From: Propionibacteriales bacterium
GTDB lineage: Bacteria > Actinomycetota > Actinomycetes > Propionibacteriales > Nocardioidaceae
Length of the DNA: 64,000 bases
Assembly: GCA_038254365.1 (NCBI GenBank)
Contig: JBBSGI010000009.1
Location: 1,227-65,226 of the forward strand
Direction of reading: 5' to 3'
The position numbers and the translations under genes are program-made. How positions within the stretch are numbered: the stretch's first letter is position 1; every line of letters begins with the position of its first letter. This document shows positions 21,295 through 31,237 of the stretch, one piece after another. The notes beneath the pieces were generated by a model. It searched no databases and was not told the DNA's origin. It saw only the letters and a program-made list of their open reading frames with translations.

Positions 21295-21317
21295 ATCTGC
21301 GTGGCAGCCTTTCTCCC

Positions 21318-22010
21318 ATGCGCATTCTTGTCGTGGACGACGACCGCGCCGTCCGCGACTCCCTCCGTCGTTCCCTCGAGTACAACGGATATGAGGTGGC
21401 CGTCGCCAACGACGGAGTGGAGGCGCTGGCCCGCATCAACGGGCTGGCGCCCGACGCCCTGATCGTCGACGTGATGATGCCCCGACTCGACGGCATCGAG
21501 ACGACGAAGGCACTGCGCGCGGCGGGCAACGACCTGCCGATCCTGGTACTCACCGCGCGGGACTCCGTCGACGACCGGGTGGACGGGCTGGACGCCGGCG
21601 CCGACGACTACCTGGCCAAACCGTTCGCGCTGGACGAGCTCCTCGCGCGGGTCCGTGCGATGTTACGGCGGCGCAACCTCGGCGCCCCCGCCGGCCTGGA
21701 CGAGGCGCCGCTGACGTTCGCCGACCTGACCATGAACACGGTCACCCGAGAGGTCGACCGGGCCGGGCGATCCATCACGTTCACCCGTACCGAGTGGGAC
21801 CTGCTTGAGCTGTTCATGCGCCGGCCCAAGCGGGTCCTCGAGCGCTCCTTCATCCTCGAGGAGGTCTGGGGCTATGACTTCCCCACGACGGCCAACTCGC
21901 TTGAGGTGTATGTCGGCTACGTCCGCCGCAAAACAGAGGCGGAGGGGGAGACCAGGCTGCTGCACACCGTGCGCGGGGTCGGATACGTCCTGCGGGAGAC
22001 GCCCCCGTGA
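21318..22010 (+). CDS. mprA: OmpR-family response regulator MprA
   Basis: Receiver domain MRILVVDDD...DVMMPRLDG...LTAR, and a winged-helix output domain ending VRGVGYVL. Synteny with the kinase and the HtrA protease. Confidence 0.9.
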   Translation: MRILVVDDDRAVRDSLRRSLEYNGYEVAVANDGVEALARINGLAPDALIVDVMMPRLDGIETTKALRAAGNDLPILVLTARDSVDDRVDGLDAGADDYLAKPFALDELLARVRAMLRRRNLGAPAGLDEAPLTFADLTMNTVTREVDRAGRSITFTRTEWDLLELFMRRPKRVLERSFILEEVWGYDFPTTANSLEVYVGYVRRKTEAEGETRLLHTVRGVGYVLRETPP

Positions 22011-23431
22011 AACGGATGTCGCTGGCCGCCAGGATCTCGCTCCTGGCAGCCTGCGCCGTCGGTATCGCGGTCGCGGTAGCGAGTCTTGCTGCCTACCTGA
22101 CCCTGCGGTCCCAGCTGCACGACCGGCTCGACAACTCGCTCCTCGACCGGGCCAACCTGGCCAGCCGCTCGGACCTGATCGCCCGGGCGCTGCCGGCGGG
22201 GATCACCGAGGAGGTCCTGCATGCAGCGGACGTGCAGTTCTACGTCATCTCGGCGGACGGCGACGTGGGAGCGTTCGCCGGAGAGGGTGACGTCCGACCG
22301 GTCTCCCAGGCCGAGAAGCTGGTCGCCGCCGGCCGGCTCAGCCACACGTTCCGGACGATCAACGAGAACGGTGTCGACTACCGCGCGGTGACGGTGACCA
22401 CCCAGCGGCCCAACCACGCCCTGATGTTCACCCAGTCGACGGAGTCCATCGAGAACACGATCGACCGGGTGGGCCTGGTTCTGCTCCTGGTCGGCGGCGG
22501 CGGGATCATCGCAGCGGGTGTGATAGGGCTTGCCGTGGCGAGGTCGGCGCTGCGCCCGGTTCGCCAGCTCAGCGAGGCCGCCGAGCACATCGCCCGGACC
22601 GAGGAGCTGAACCCGATCCCGGTCACCGGCGACGACGAGCTGGCCAGCCTTGCCGCGTCGTTCAACGACATGCTCGGCGCGTTGCAGGGCTCGCGGGACC
22701 GTCAGCGCCGGCTGGTCGCCGACGCCGGACACGAGCTGCGCACCCCGTTGACCAGCCTGCGGACGAACCTCGAGCTGCTCGCCCAGGCCGACAAGCGGGG
22801 CGGCATGGCGCTCAGCTCTCGGCAGGAGATCTTCGCGGACGTCACGGCGCAGGTCGAGGAGCTCTCGACGCTGGTCGGGGACCTCGTGGAGCTGGCCCGC
22901 GACGAGCCGCTGTCGCGCACGCCCGAGCCGCTCGACCTCGCCGACATCGTGGCGCGGGCCGCCGACCGGGTGCGCCGGCGCGCCCCGTCGGTAGCCTTCG
23001 ACATCCGGGTGTCCACCTGGTGGGCCGTCGGGGAGGCCCAGATCCTCGAGCGGGCAGTCACGAACCTGCTCGACAACGCAGCCAAGTGGAGCCCGGCGGG
23101 CGGCACGGTCGGCATCACTCTCGCGGGCGGTGAGCTCACCGTGACCGATGAGGGCCCCGGCGTCGCGGAGGCCGACATGCCGCTGATCTTCGAGCGCTTC
23201 TACCGGGCCTCCGACGCCCGTATGATGCCCGGCTCGGGGCTCGGCCTCTCCATCGTTCGGCAGGCCGCCGAACGGCACGGCGGGTCGGTGAGGGCAGTCA
23301 ACCGTCATCCCCGGGGCGCTGCCTTCACGATGGTGATCCCGGGCTCCCCGGGTTGGCCACCGCCAGCCGAGAGGCCGCTCCCAACCCGCCCTGTGCAGCA
23401 GCAGCCGGGCGCGATTCACATGAAGCTCTGA
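22007..23431 (+). CDS. mprB: HAMP-domain sensor histidine kinase MprB
   Basis: Two TMS plus HAMP, H-box [14 protein letters not shown] box LLDNAAKW, G boxes DEGPGV and [10 protein letters not shown] 4-nt overlap with mprA. Confidence 0.9.
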   Translation: MKRMSLAARISLLAACAVGIAVAVASLAAYLTLRSQLHDRLDNSLLDRANLASRSDLIARALPAGITEEVLHAADVQFYVISADGDVGAFAGEGDVRPVSQAEKLVAAGRLSHTFRTINENGVDYRAVTVTTQRPNHALMFTQSTESIENTIDRVGLVLLLVGGGGIIAAGVIGLAVARSALRPVRQLSEAAEHIARTEELNPIPVTGDDELASLAASFNDMLGALQGSRDRQRRLVADAGHELRTPLTSLRTNLELLAQADKRGGMALSSRQEIFADVTAQVEELSTLVGDLVELARDEPLSRTPEPLDLADIVARAADRVRRRAPSVAFDIRVSTWWAVGEAQILERAVTNLLDNAAKWSPAGGTVGITLAGGELTVTDEGPGVAEADMPLIFERFYRASDARMMPGSGLGLSIVRQAAERHGGSVRAVNRHPRGAAFTMVIPGSPGWPPPAERPLPTRPVQQQPGAIHMKL

Positions 23432-23437
23432 GGTACG

Positions 23438-23456
23438 TCTCAGGGCTTCCTCAGCC
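23438..23456 (+). promoter_or_regulatory. direct repeat TCTCAGGG-CTT-CCTCAGCC upstream of pepD (MprA-box-like)
   Basis: Two 8-bp units separated by 3 nt, 13 nt upstream of the pepD start. This architecture matches what is reported for mycobacterial MprA boxes. Confidence 0.45.
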
Positions 23457-23468
23457 AGTCTCGCAAGG

Positions 23469-24665
23469 ATGGTGAACGTGAACAACGGCGACACGACTCC
23501 ATCGACGTACCCGCAGGGGTACCCGCTGAGTCCTCCACCAGCCCGCCCCCGCCGCGGTGGGCGTGTCGTCGGTGCGGCTCTGCTCGTCGGCGCACTCGCC
23601 GGAGGAGCCGCCGGGTTCAGCGGGGCGGCGTTGTTGCATGAGACAACCTCGCACAACGCCGCAACGCTGAGCCGTCAGACCAGCTCGGGGCTCAACGTCG
23701 CACCCGACTCCAGCGCAACCGGGGCGCCGAATGCCTTCGACGCCAGCGCTGAGACGGCAGCCGCCAACGTGCTGCCCTCCGTGGTCAAGATCTACGGCAC
23801 GTCGTCGACCCAGAGCGGGTCGGGTTCAGGCATCGTGCTCACCGCCAGTGGGCAGATCCTCACGAACAACCACGTTGCGGAGCTGGGGGTCAACGGCAAG
23901 CTCGCGGTGAGCTTCCCCAGCGGGGAGACGACCTCGGCCTACATCCTCGGTCGGGACCCGCTCACCGATCTTGCCGTAATCCAGGCCCGGGACGTCAGCG
24001 ACGCCAGGCCGGCGACCCTCGGCAAGTCGGCCAGCCTCCAGGTCGGCCAGCCGGTCGTCGCCGTGGGTGCCCCGTTCGGCCTCGAGAGCACCGTCACCTC
24101 CGGCATCGTGAGTGCGCTCAACCGTCCGGTGACCACGCAAGGTGAGCTGAGCAACGACCCTGCGACCATCTTCCCCGCAATCCAGACCGACGCGGCGATC
24201 AACCCGGGCAACTCCGGTGGACCGCTGGTCAACTCCGCCGGGGAGGTGGTCGGCATCAACTCCGCCATCCGCACCGCGTCGTCCAGCGGTTCCGGCGGCC
24301 AGGCCGGCTCTATCGGGCTCGGGTTCGCCATCCCGATCGACGAGGCGCTCCCGATCGTCCAGCAGTTGCGAAAAGGACAGCAGCCCACGCACGCTCGGAT
24401 CGGCGTCGAGGTCACGGACGCCACCGACCGGTTCGGGCTACCCGACGGGGCGCTGGTCCACAACGTCACCCAGGGCACTGCAGCCGCGCAGATCGGCCTT
24501 CGGCCCGGCGACGTGATCACCAAACTGGACAGCACCGACGTCACCGACTCCGACTCGCTCGTCGCCGACGTCCGGTCCTACCGCCCCGGTGACCGCGTCA
24601 CGCTCACCGTCCGATCGAAGTCCGGGTCGATCAGAACGGTCGAGATCACCTTGGGATCCGACTGA
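23469..24665 (+). CDS. pepD: HtrA/PepD-type trypsin-like serine protease with PDZ domain
   Basis: N-terminal TMS, catalytic TNNHV, GNSGGPLV, and a C-terminal PDZ (GLRPGDVITKLD). Confidence 0.88.
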   Translation: MVNVNNGDTTPSTYPQGYPLSPPPARPRRGGRVVGAALLVGALAGGAAGFSGAALLHETTSHNAATLSRQTSSGLNVAPDSSATGAPNAFDASAETAAANVLPSVVKIYGTSSTQSGSGSGIVLTASGQILTNNHVAELGVNGKLAVSFPSGETTSAYILGRDPLTDLAVIQARDVSDARPATLGKSASLQVGQPVVAVGAPFGLESTVTSGIVSALNRPVTTQGELSNDPATIFPAIQTDAAINPGNSGGPLVNSAGEVVGINSAIRTASSSGSGGQAGSIGLGFAIPIDEALPIVQQLRKGQQPTHARIGVEVTDATDRFGLPDGALVHNVTQGTAAAQIGLRPGDVITKLDSTDVTDSDSLVADVRSYRPGDRVTLTVRSKSGSIRTVEITLGSD

Positions 24666-24694
24666 CACCACCCCCACGATCACGCCCCAGCAGC

Positions 24695-26683
24695 TCACCC
24701 GTCCCCGGCTGCTGGGGCGTTCCCTTTCCCGCGGCGCGCCCGCGATCGCGGGGAAGTGGCTGACCCGCTCGGTGCGTCGCGAGCCGCTTTCCCGCAATCG
24801 CTCACGAGCAGGCTCCGGACGATCTCGCGGAGGAGGTCAAAGCCGTTCTCGGTGAGGATGGACTCGGCGTGGAACTGGACGCCGACGAAGTGCGGTCCCC
24901 GCAGGAGATGTACGTCCCCCGTCTGCCGGTCGGCGTCGACACTGACGCCGGACGGCAGCTCACGGTCGGGGCTGGTGCGAGCCACGAACGTGTTATAGAA
25001 GCCGACGTTCTCCTGCCGGCCCAGAATGTCGACCATCGTTCGCGTCCCTTGGAACACGATGTCCTTGAAGACGAGGTCCAAGCCAAGTGCGCCACACAAC
25101 ACTTGGTGGCCCAGGCACACCGCCAGGAAAGGCTGCCGGGTCTCCAGCAAAGTGTTGACGGCGGCTCGGAAGGTAGCGATCTTCGGGTCGGTGAGGTCGC
25201 GCGGATCCCCTGGCCCCGGTCCGACGATGACCAGGTCGGCCTCCTCGAAGTCGCCTTGGTGGTAGTCGCGGTGGCTGATCGAGACGCTCGCCATGCCCAA
25301 CACGCGCAACATGTGGCGCAGCATCGCCACGAAGTCGTCCTCGCCGTCGAGCACGACAACCCGCCGTCCCGCGAGCTCAGGCGTGGGGGCGGTGGCGGAC
25401 TGGTCCGCGAGCCAGAACCTGCTGAGCTGCTCGTTGCGGCTGGCCAGGGCGGTCACGACGGCGGAGTCCTCGACGAGGGTCGTCACCGCGGCTGGCTCGG
25501 AAGGCGCGGCCGGGACCAGCCCGAACGCGGAGAGTATTCCGGCCGCCTTCGCGTGCGTCTCCGCCACCTCGGATCGGGGTTGTGAGTCCCGGACCAGGGT
25601 CGCGCCGGCGGTGACCCGCAACCGTCCGTCGACGCTCACGTCCGCCGTGCGCAAGACGATCGGCGCGTCGACCGTCGGGCCGCCGTGGGGGTCACGACCG
25701 ACGAGCGCGAGCACGGCCCCGTAGTAGCCCCGGCCTCCGGCCTCATACCTGGTGATCAACCGGCAGGCATTCTCGACCGGGCTTCCGGTGACCGTCGCGG
25801 CGAACATCGAGTCCCGGAGCACGGCCCGCACGTCGAGCGACGAGCGGCCGCTCAGCAGGTACTCGGTATGGACGAGGTGGCTCATGGGCTTGAGGAAGGG
25901 ACCGGTGATCGCCCCCCCGTCTGCGCACATGCCGCACATCATCTTGAGCTCCTCGTCGACGACCATGAACAGCTCGAAGATCTCCTTCTCGTCGCCCAGA
26001 AACCCAAGCAAGCGCTCGGTGAGGTCGCCGGCGCGCTCGGCATCCCCAAGCCGGAAGGTGCCGCTGATCGGGTTCATCGTCACTTCACCGGACTGCACTC
26101 GGACATGCCGCTCGGGGCTGGCGCCGATCAGGTACCGGTCGCCGGTGAACACCAGGAACGTCCAGTAGGCGCCGCGCTCCTGGCGGAGCAGGCGAAGGAA
26201 GACGGCGATCGCCGCAGCCGCGTCCCAGCTGACGATCTGGGTTCGGTAGTCGCGGGCCACCACGACGTTGGCGCCCTCGCCGCGACCGATCTCATCGCGG
26301 ATGATCGTTGCGACGAGCTCCGCGTAGGCGTCGTCTCCGACCGTGAACCCGGCCGGGCCCGTGGTGCGCAGCGGTTGGTCCGATGAGAGTGCCTCGAGGT
26401 CGGCGCACGAGACAGTCGTCTCGACGTCGATGTCGATGCTGGAAAGCGGCGCGTCGTCGGCGTGCACCTCGAAGCCCCGTTCACGGATCTGCGCGAAGGG
26501 CACGCACAACAACCGGTCGAAGCGCCTCCCGGCTTCGGGCGGCCCGCTATCCAGCGGTACGTCGGACAGCAAGTCGTGGTGGGTACGGGTGCCACCGACC
26601 AGGGTGACCGATTGCGCACCCGGGAGCCGGACCAGCGCCCACGCGGGCCTCAGCAGCACCGCCGCCAGCGGACCGGAGCTCAT
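24695..26683 (-). CDS. anthranilate synthase family protein, fused chorismate-utilising domain + glutamine amidotransferase (PhzE-like order)
   Basis: Chorismate-binding blocks GASPERHVRV, MNPISGTF, DEKEIFELFMVVDEE, GSPVENA and GRGYYGAVL, followed by a class I GATase (LAVCLGHQ, VQFHAES). ATG 26683 overlaps the HelD stop as ATGA. Confidence 0.85.
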   Translation of the reverse strand: MSSGPLAAVLLRPAWALVRLPGAQSVTLVGGTRTHHDLLSDVPLDSGPPEAGRRFDRLLCVPFAQIRERGFEVHADDAPLSSIDIDVETTVSCADLEALSSDQPLRTTGPAGFTVGDDAYAELVATIIRDEIGRGEGANVVVARDYRTQIVSWDAAAAIAVFLRLLRQERGAYWTFLVFTGDRYLIGASPERHVRVQSGEVTMNPISGTFRLGDAERAGDLTERLLGFLGDEKEIFELFMVVDEELKMMCGMCADGGAITGPFLKPMSHLVHTEYLLSGRSSLDVRAVLRDSMFAATVTGSPVENACRLITRYEAGGRGYYGAVLALVGRDPHGGPTVDAPIVLRTADVSVDGRLRVTAGATLVRDSQPRSEVAETHAKAAGILSAFGLVPAAPSEPAAVTTLVEDSAVVTALASRNEQLSRFWLADQSATAPTPELAGRRVVVLDGEDDFVAMLRHMLRVLGMASVSISHRDYHQGDFEEADLVIVGPGPGDPRDLTDPKIATFRAAVNTLLETRQPFLAVCLGHQVLCGALGLDLVFKDIVFQGTRTMVDILGRQENVGFYNTFVARTSPDRELPSGVSVDADRQTGDVHLLRGPHFVGVQFHAESILTENGFDLLREIVRSLLVSDCGKAARDAPSGSATSPRSRARRGKGNAPAAGDG

Positions 26684-28869
26684 CGGGGCACTGCTGCGGG
26701 CGACCGCCAGTGGCCCGTGGTGCCGACGATGTGCAGCCGTTGGGTGGCCCGGGTGAGCACGACGTACAGCGTGCGAATGCCGGCCGGTGCCTCGGCCACG
26801 ATGCGGTCGGGCTCCACGACGACGATGCCGTCGAACTCCAGGCCCTTGGTGTCCAGGGCCGCGAGGACCGGCACCCGCGCCTCGTCCCGGGGCGCCAGCC
26901 AACCCTCGACCTCCGGCTCCCAGCCCGCCGGGACCACGACCGCAACCGTCCCTTCGAGCTGGTCGGCGAGCCTCGCCGTCGCCTCGCGGACTCCAGCGGC
27001 TCGTGAGCTCTCGTCGACGGCCGAGATCACCGGCTCCGCCCCGGTCTCTCGAACGGCGTGCGGGAGGTCCGCGTCCGGGATGTTGGCTCGCGCGTAGTCG
27101 GCGGCGAGCTCGAAGATCTCGCGGGAGTTGCGATAGTTGGTCGAGAGTCGGAAATGGCTCTGCTCCCGGCCGCGCAACGCGGCCTTGCGTGCCGCGGTCG
27201 CCTCTGCCGGAAGCGGCCAGGAACTCTGTGCCGGATCGCCGACGATGGTCCAGCTGGCGTGCCGCCCCCGACGTCCGATCATCCGCCACTGCATGGGCGA
27301 CAGATCCTGTGCCTCGTCGACGAGCAGGTGCGCGTAGGCATCGTCCTCGATCGACCCGACGGCGCGCGCGGAACCCCCTATCGGGCCGCCCACGCGCCGT
27401 TGGTCGTGCGTAGTCAGCTCCGCGACCGTCTCATCCTCCAGTCCCTCCTGCATGGCGAGCGGGTCGTCCTCGTCGTCTGGCGCCTCCGGAGGCTCTCCGA
27501 GGAGATAGCGGAGCTCGTCGATGAGGGGGACGTCCTCGACGGTCAGGTCACCGCCCGGCGGGTCGAACGCGAGCGAGTCGGCGAGCATGTCGAGCTCGTG
27601 GCGGCTGAACAACCCGTCCGCCTCGGCGCTGAGTCGCTGCCGGTCCGCCAGCCAGGAACAGGCATCGACCGGGTCGACGACCGGCCACCAGGCCCGCACG
27701 AACTCCACGAAGTCCCGGTTGTCGCGCATCGCGCGGGCGAACTCGTGACGGCCGTGCTCTCGGGCCCGGTCGCCCGCCACCTGCTCCCACAGTGAGTCGA
27801 TCAGCTCGCCGGAGACCCTGCCCGCCACCGGGTTGCGGCGCTGCCCGCCACTGAGCAGCCGTCGCCGTACGGCGCTCAGCTCGCGATGGTCGAGTCGTAG
27901 CACGTCGTCGCGGTAGAAGATCCGGAAAGCGGTGGGCGCGCCGGGCACGTCACCGCGCACGGTCCGGGCCAGCAGCTGCGCCATGCGAGAGGACCCCTTC
28001 AGCAGCGCAACGGAGGCACGGTCATGCCTGCTGGCGTGGACTCCCTCGACCACCTCGCCCAGCGCACGCAGTGAGACGGTGGTCTCCCCGAGTGAGGGCA
28101 GCACCCGCTCGATATAGGAGATGAACACCGCGTTCGGCCCGACCACCAGTACGCCACCGGACTCGTAGCGTCGTCGATCGGTGTAGAGCAGGTAGGCGGC
28201 GCGGTGAAGTGCCACCACGGTCTTTCCGGTGCCGGGACCGCCACCGATCGTGGTGACTCCGCGCTGGGGGGACCGGATTGCCTCGTCCTGTTCCTTCTGG
28301 ATGGTGGCCACCACCGACTGCATCGTGCGGTCGCGGGTCCGCGAGAGCGCCGCCATCAGGACGCCTTCACCAACCACCACCATGTCGTCCGGTGCGTGCT
28401 CGGGATCGAGCAGGTCGTCCTCGACGCCAATCACCCGGTCGCTGAAGGACTGCAGTACCCGTCGCCGTACGACGCCTGCCGGATCTTGGGCGGTCGCCTG
28501 GTAGAAAATCGCCGCCGCCGGCGCGCGCCAGTCGACCAGCAGGACATCGCGGTCGGCGTCGCGCAGCCCGAGCCGGCCGACGTAGCGGGTCTCGCCGTCT
28601 CGCAGGTCGAGGCGTCCGAAGACCAGGCCGTCATGGGCGGCGTCGAGGTTCGCCAGCCGACGGCTGGCCTGGAAGACGATCGCGTCGCGCTCGACAAGCC
28701 CCCCGTAGTTGCCGAGCCTGGCCCGAGCATGGCCGTCGGAGGCCAGCTGCCGGGCCGACGCCGCCGCGGCCTCGAGGCGGGCGTAGATCCGGTCGACGAC
28801 CACCTGCTCGTTCTTGATCTCCTGCTCGACCGCAGGGGTGGTGGCGCGCTGCCGACCCGTCTCTGACAC
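26680..28869 (-). CDS. helD: HelD-type UvrD-like helicase (RNA polymerase recycling ATPase)
   Basis: N-terminal coiled region EQEIKNEQVVVDRIYARLE, then GLVFGRLDLRDGETRYVGRLGL...LLVDWRAPAA..FYQAT, Walker A GGPGTGKT, and a C-terminal UvrD domain. Confidence 0.8.
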   Translation of the reverse strand: MSETGRQRATTPAVEQEIKNEQVVVDRIYARLEAAAASARQLASDGHARARLGNYGGLVERDAIVFQASRRLANLDAAHDGLVFGRLDLRDGETRYVGRLGLRDADRDVLLVDWRAPAAAIFYQATAQDPAGVVRRRVLQSFSDRVIGVEDDLLDPEHAPDDMVVVGEGVLMAALSRTRDRTMQSVVATIQKEQDEAIRSPQRGVTTIGGGPGTGKTVVALHRAAYLLYTDRRRYESGGVLVVGPNAVFISYIERVLPSLGETTVSLRALGEVVEGVHASRHDRASVALLKGSSRMAQLLARTVRGDVPGAPTAFRIFYRDDVLRLDHRELSAVRRRLLSGGQRRNPVAGRVSGELIDSLWEQVAGDRAREHGRHEFARAMRDNRDFVEFVRAWWPVVDPVDACSWLADRQRLSAEADGLFSRHELDMLADSLAFDPPGGDLTVEDVPLIDELRYLLGEPPEAPDDEDDPLAMQEGLEDETVAELTTHDQRRVGGPIGGSARAVGSIEDDAYAHLLVDEAQDLSPMQWRMIGRRGRHASWTIVGDPAQSSWPLPAEATAARKAALRGREQSHFRLSTNYRNSREIFELAADYARANIPDADLPHAVRETGAEPVISAVDESSRAAGVREATARLADQLEGTVAVVVPAGWEPEVEGWLAPRDEARVPVLAALDTKGLEFDGIVVVEPDRIVAEAPAGIRTLYVVLTRATQRLHIVGTTGHWRSPAAVPR

Positions 28870-29092
28870 CTGACCCCGTTCCTGCCGCTCGTGCAGCCGG
28901 ATCCGCGAAAAAAATGGGACTCACCATTGTGCCGCATCCCTTCGCCCGGACCGAAATGGCGACGCTCGGTCGCAGGTATCCCGGCATCCCACGTTCGGGT
29001 CGATGCGGTCCTTCGGGCCTGCGATGGGTACCGTTGAGGGCGCGACCGAGGGATGCCAGCGATCTTGTGCATCGTCACCACGAGGAGAACCT

Positions 29093-30244
29093 GTGAGCAG
29101 TTCCGGCTCGGACCCCGACCTTGGCGAGGTATTCGGCCCCAGCCCCCAAGCCGCCTCGCCAGACCTGGTGCAGCTGCTGACTCCCGAGGGTGAGCGCGTC
29201 GAGCACCCGGATTTCTCCTTCTCGCTCGACGACGAGGCGATCAAGGGCTTTTACCGCGACATGGTCTTGACCCGGCGCATCGACATCGAGGCGACCGCCT
29301 TGCAGCGCCACGGGGAGCTCGGCATCTGGGCGCAGCTGCTGGGCCAGGAGGCCGCCCAGATCGGATCCGGTCGGGCGCTGCGCAAGCAGGACTTCGTCTT
29401 CCCCACCTACCGCGAGCACGGCGTCGCCTGGTGCCGCGACCTTGACCCGCTGCACCTGCTGGGGCTGTTCCGTGGGGTGGACCAGGGTGGTTGGGACCCG
29501 CGCGAGAACAACTTCGGCCTCTACACGATCGTCATCGGCGCCCAGACCCTGCACGCCACCGGATACGCGATGGGCATCCAGCGTGACGGCGCGGTCGGCA
29601 CCGGCGACCCGGACCGGGATGCGGCGGTAGTCGCCTACTTCGGCGACGGAGCGAGCAGCCAGGGCGATGTCAACGAGGCCTTTGTCTACGCGTCGGTGTT
29701 CAATGCGCCGGTCGTGTTCTTCTGCCAGAACAATCAGTGGGCGATCTCGGAGCCGATCGAGCGGCAGAGCCGGATCCCGCTCTACCAGCGTTCGCTCGGC
29801 TTCGGCTTCCCCGGCCTACGCGTCGACGGGAACGACGTCCTCGCCGTACACGCCGTCACCCAGGCCGCGCTGCAGCGGGCCCGTGAGGGCAGTGGACCCA
29901 CGCTCGTCGAGGCGTACACCTACCGGATGGGCGCGCACACGACCACCGACGACCCCACCCGCTACCGGCTGTCCGAAGAGCTGGAGAGCTGGAAGCTCAA
30001 GGACCCGATCGCCAGGGTGAAGGCCTATCTGACCAGGAACGGCCTGATCGACAACGACTACCTCGACGCGGTCGAGGACGAGGCGGAGAAGCTGGGCGAG
30101 CATCTGCGCGAGGGATGTCGAGCCCTCCCCGAACCCAACATCTCGGCCATCTTCGACCAGGTCTACGTCGAGAAGACTCCAGAGCTGGCCGCGCAGCAGG
30201 ACGAGCTGGCCGCCTATCACGCGTCGTTCGAGGGAGCCCACTGA
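29093..30244 (+). CDS. 2-oxoacid (pyruvate/branched-chain) dehydrogenase E1 alpha subunit
   Basis: TPP-binding region YFGDGASSQGDVNEAF...VVFFCQNNQWAIS. GTG 29093 is preceded by GAGGAG. Confidence 0.88.
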   Translation: MSSSGSDPDLGEVFGPSPQAASPDLVQLLTPEGERVEHPDFSFSLDDEAIKGFYRDMVLTRRIDIEATALQRHGELGIWAQLLGQEAAQIGSGRALRKQDFVFPTYREHGVAWCRDLDPLHLLGLFRGVDQGGWDPRENNFGLYTIVIGAQTLHATGYAMGIQRDGAVGTGDPDRDAAVVAYFGDGASSQGDVNEAFVYASVFNAPVVFFCQNNQWAISEPIERQSRIPLYQRSLGFGFPGLRVDGNDVLAVHAVTQAALQRAREGSGPTLVEAYTYRMGAHTTTDDPTRYRLSEELESWKLKDPIARVKAYLTRNGLIDNDYLDAVEDEAEKLGEHLREGCRALPEPNISAIFDQVYVEKTPELAAQQDELAAYHASFEGAH

Positions 30245-31221
30245 TGACCACGATCACGCTGGCCAAGGGGCTGAACGCGGGACTGCGCGCCGCGATGGAG
30301 GCCGATCCCAAGGTCCTCATCATGGGCGAGGACATCGGCAAGCTCGGCGGTGTCTTCCGGATCACCGACGGGCTGCAAAAGGACTTCGGCGAGGACCGGG
30401 TCATCGACACGCCGCTCGCGGAGTCGGGGATCCTCGGTACGGCGGTCGGGCTCGCCATGCGGGGTTACCGGCCGGTTTGTGAGATCCAGTTCGACGGCTT
30501 CGTCTACCCGGCGTACGACCAGATCGTCAGTCAGGTCGCCAAGATTCACTTCCGCAGTCAGGGCAAGCTGCGCATGCCTATCGTCATCCGCATTCCCTTC
30601 GGGGGTGGCATCGGTGCCGTCGAGCACCACAGTGAGAGCCCGGAGGCCCAGTTCGCGCACACCGCGGGTCTCAAGGTCGTGGCCTGCTCCAACCCGGTCG
30701 ATGGCTACTGGATGATCCAGCAGGCCATCAGGAGCGACGACCCCGTCGTGTTCTTCGAGCCGAAGCGCCAGTACCACGGCGAGAAGGCCGAGCTCGACGA
30801 GTCCGCGACGCCCGACCCGTTGTTCAGCTCGCGGGTCGTGCGTGAGGGCACAGACGTGACACTGATCACCTACGGTCCAAGGGTCCACGTCTGCCTGCAG
30901 AGCGCCGAGGCCGCGGCGGCCGAGGGCAAGAGCGTCGAGGTCATCGACCTCCGCACCCTCTCCCCGCTCGACCTGGAGCCGGTTTTCGCCTCCGTGCGCA
31001 AGACCGGCCGGGTCGTCGTGGTGCACGAGGCCGCGATCAGCCTGGGCATGGGCGCCGAGGTGGCCGCCCGCATCACTGAGGAGTGCTTCTACTCGCTGGA
31101 GTCGCCGGTGCTGCGGGTCGGTGGCTTCGATACGCCCTACCCGCCTGCGCGCATCGAGGAGGAGTACCTGCCCGACCTGGACCGGGTGCTCGATGCCGTC
31201 GACCGCGCACTGAGCTTCTGA
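30244..31221 (+). CDS. 2-oxoacid dehydrogenase E1 beta subunit
   Basis: VLIMGEDIGKLGGVFRIT, DTPLAESGI. ATGA overlap with E1 alpha. Confidence 0.9.
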   Translation: MTTITLAKGLNAGLRAAMEADPKVLIMGEDIGKLGGVFRITDGLQKDFGEDRVIDTPLAESGILGTAVGLAMRGYRPVCEIQFDGFVYPAYDQIVSQVAKIHFRSQGKLRMPIVIRIPFGGGIGAVEHHSESPEAQFAHTAGLKVVACSNPVDGYWMIQQAIRSDDPVVFFEPKRQYHGEKAELDESATPDPLFSSRVVREGTDVTLITYGPRVHVCLQSAEAAAAEGKSVEVIDLRTLSPLDLEPVFASVRKTGRVVVVHEAAISLGMGAEVAARITEECFYSLESPVLRVGGFDTPYPPARIEEEYLPDLDRVLDAVDRALSF

Positions 31222-31237
31222 GCGGGGTCGGGGAACC

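Noticed and set aside
28870-29092. I looked for a rifamycin-associated element (inverted repeat) upstream of helD that would mark it as a HelR-type resistance gene.
   Set aside because: I did not see a convincing GC-rich 19-bp palindrome in this interval, so there is no basis for a resistance claim.
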